Assembly: GCA_965153455.1 (NCBI GenBank)
Contig: OZ234493.1
Location: 21,752,213 to 21,816,212 of the forward strand
Length of the DNA: 64,000 bases
Reading direction: 5' to 3'
Origin: Sphagnum compactum
Lineage: Eukaryota
The translations under genes and the position numbers were made by a program. The notes under the pieces were generated by a model, which was not told the origin of the DNA, did not search any database, and saw only the letters and a list, made by a program, of their open reading frames with translations. This document shows positions 62,338 to 64,000 of this stretch, in pieces (position 1 is the first letter of the stretch; each line of letters starts with the position of its first letter).

Positions 62338-64000
62338 GAATTTCAAGGGGCAGCAGGCAGAAGCCAAGGTTTGCACAATCGTGTGTGCTACCCAAAATTT
62401 AGAAGCTCAAGGTGTTGTGTACTCTACTCTCAAAACAGGGATACAGGGATAGCCATTGCGTATGCCGACAACCTTAAGGTACAGCAGGGTTTCAAAGACT
62501 TTACCCATCAACCCAGGAATCAAGCATCAGACTCAAAATTTTCAAAATAATAGAGTTATCCGTAAAGTCATGCCCGGTTGGGCCTGAGTTGCACCCCTTA
62601 TTCGATGCTTCATCCGCTCCTGGTTGTTGTCCACAAAATCATGAAATTTTATTAAATAAGGGTATGAAATACTGAGGCTCGGGATTAAATGCACCAGGGT
62701 ATAGGACATTTATAGCTTCAGTACACATAGTAGCAGTGATTGGTTGAAATGTCGTCCCCCATGTGACCAAACAGGACCAAACAGGGGGTTCCAGTGCCGT
62801 CTTTGCCTGACTTTACGGATGACTTTATTGGCAAAGATTTTACAGGGCCTTGGACCGATACCGGAAACAACTACCTGGACTCAAGTCAATGCAATTAAGA
62901 ATTCGATTTCTTGTGACTTTAATAAAAACGCCACGCGCGACCTTGTTCCCAGCTTTTAGCAATGACTGCTGGCTTTACAAAGGACATTTTCAGGACTCCA
63001 CAATTCACAGCACGACCATGGAGTCCACTGCTCGGTTTACGAAGGACATTTCGGGACTCCACAAATGATGGCACGACCATAGAGTCGACTGCTGGCTTTA
63101 CAAAGGACATGTCAGGACACCACAAATGACAGCACGACAATGCATGGCTCACTTTCGTTTGGCAAAACCTTAAAATCTCCGGACAAGTTTTTAAAAGACC
63201 CAAAAGATTGCACCACAAGATTTTCTTGGCAAAGGCTCACGTACCAGGTAGCTTCTGTAGGCAGTTATAATGAACCTTGTGGAACGGACAACGAGATAAG
63301 GTGTAAGGTGTAAGGTAAAGGTTGGGAAACACAACCTTACCAGGGAGCCTCTGCAGGTTGCTGACCCTACCAACCTCGCACAATTTGGCAAACGGTCACT
63401 TACCAGGCAGCTTCTGTAGGCAGTTATGATGAACGTTGTGGAACGGACAATGAGATACGTGTAAGGTAAAAGTTGGGAAACACAACCTTACCAGGCACAC
63501 ACTCTTACCAGGCAGCCTCTCCAGGTTGCTTACCCTACCAACCTCCCATAATTTCAGCCCCATCGGTAGGTTTTTCCTTAGCAGGAATTAGGTGGGAATC
63601 TTAGGACATAAATCAATGCAAACTTTGAGGCAGTACTTCCTTCCAAATTCCAATTTCGGAGCATCCTTTTTCCGCTATACAAAAGTTAAATTCAGCACCG
63701 TTTCCCACTTGTCACTTCCTGGGAATTTGTAGGCTCTGCCAAGAGGGTCAGACATCATCTGAGGATGTGCGATCACTTGCATGTAGAAATTAGGAGCAGC
63801 TACACTAGTAATAGGGGCTGGTAATTCAAAATCAAGGAAATGTAACTTTAGATGCAAAGAATCTGGAAATAGCTTTACTTCATTACACTATCGCAGGTGA
63901 CATTTGATTATATCTTAGCATGCATGGAAAACAACCTTGTAGTGCTGCAGCAACGATGGAAAATTAACAATCAAAGAAAACCAGTAATTTGTGACATGCA
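62338..64000 (+). repeat. Segmental duplicate of 20573-22482 + 24904-24996
   Basis: Colinear, and carries the empty site for the 22483 insertion. Confidence 0.9.

Noticed and set aside
1-64000. Prokaryotic operon or defence system, rRNA/tRNA genes
   Set aside because: Low coding density, spliceosomal introns and plant-type TEs. I recognised no structural RNA genes by eye, and a covariance-model scan was not possible.

Overview
AT-rich, repeat-dense eukaryotic nuclear DNA with GT-AG introns. It is very likely a land plant, and the repeat families resemble those I recall from peat moss/bryophyte genomes (inference, not verified). About three quarters of the window is transposon-derived or duplicated. 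It holds a 5'-truncated APE-RT LINE with a (GTAA)n tail, a Tourist-like MITE, two Helitron-like insertions with empty paralogous sites, a solo LTR, and three copies of a decayed ~10 kb element with SWIM and C2H2 relics. There is also a Myb/trihelix pseudogene and several segmental duplications. The one apparently intact host gene (+ strand, 30579-44607) can be hand-assembled into 14 phase-compatible exons (4365 nt, 1454 aa). It encodes five 56-aa N-terminal repeats, two tandem receptor-kinase-derived pseudokinase domains lacking HRD and DFG, and a ~555-aa terminal exon. The C-terminal half of that exon resembles a hemolysin/leukocidin-type beta-pore-forming core. This possible pseudokinase-pore-former fusion is the main candidate for a new system. 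The pore-forming call is pattern inference and needs structural searches.
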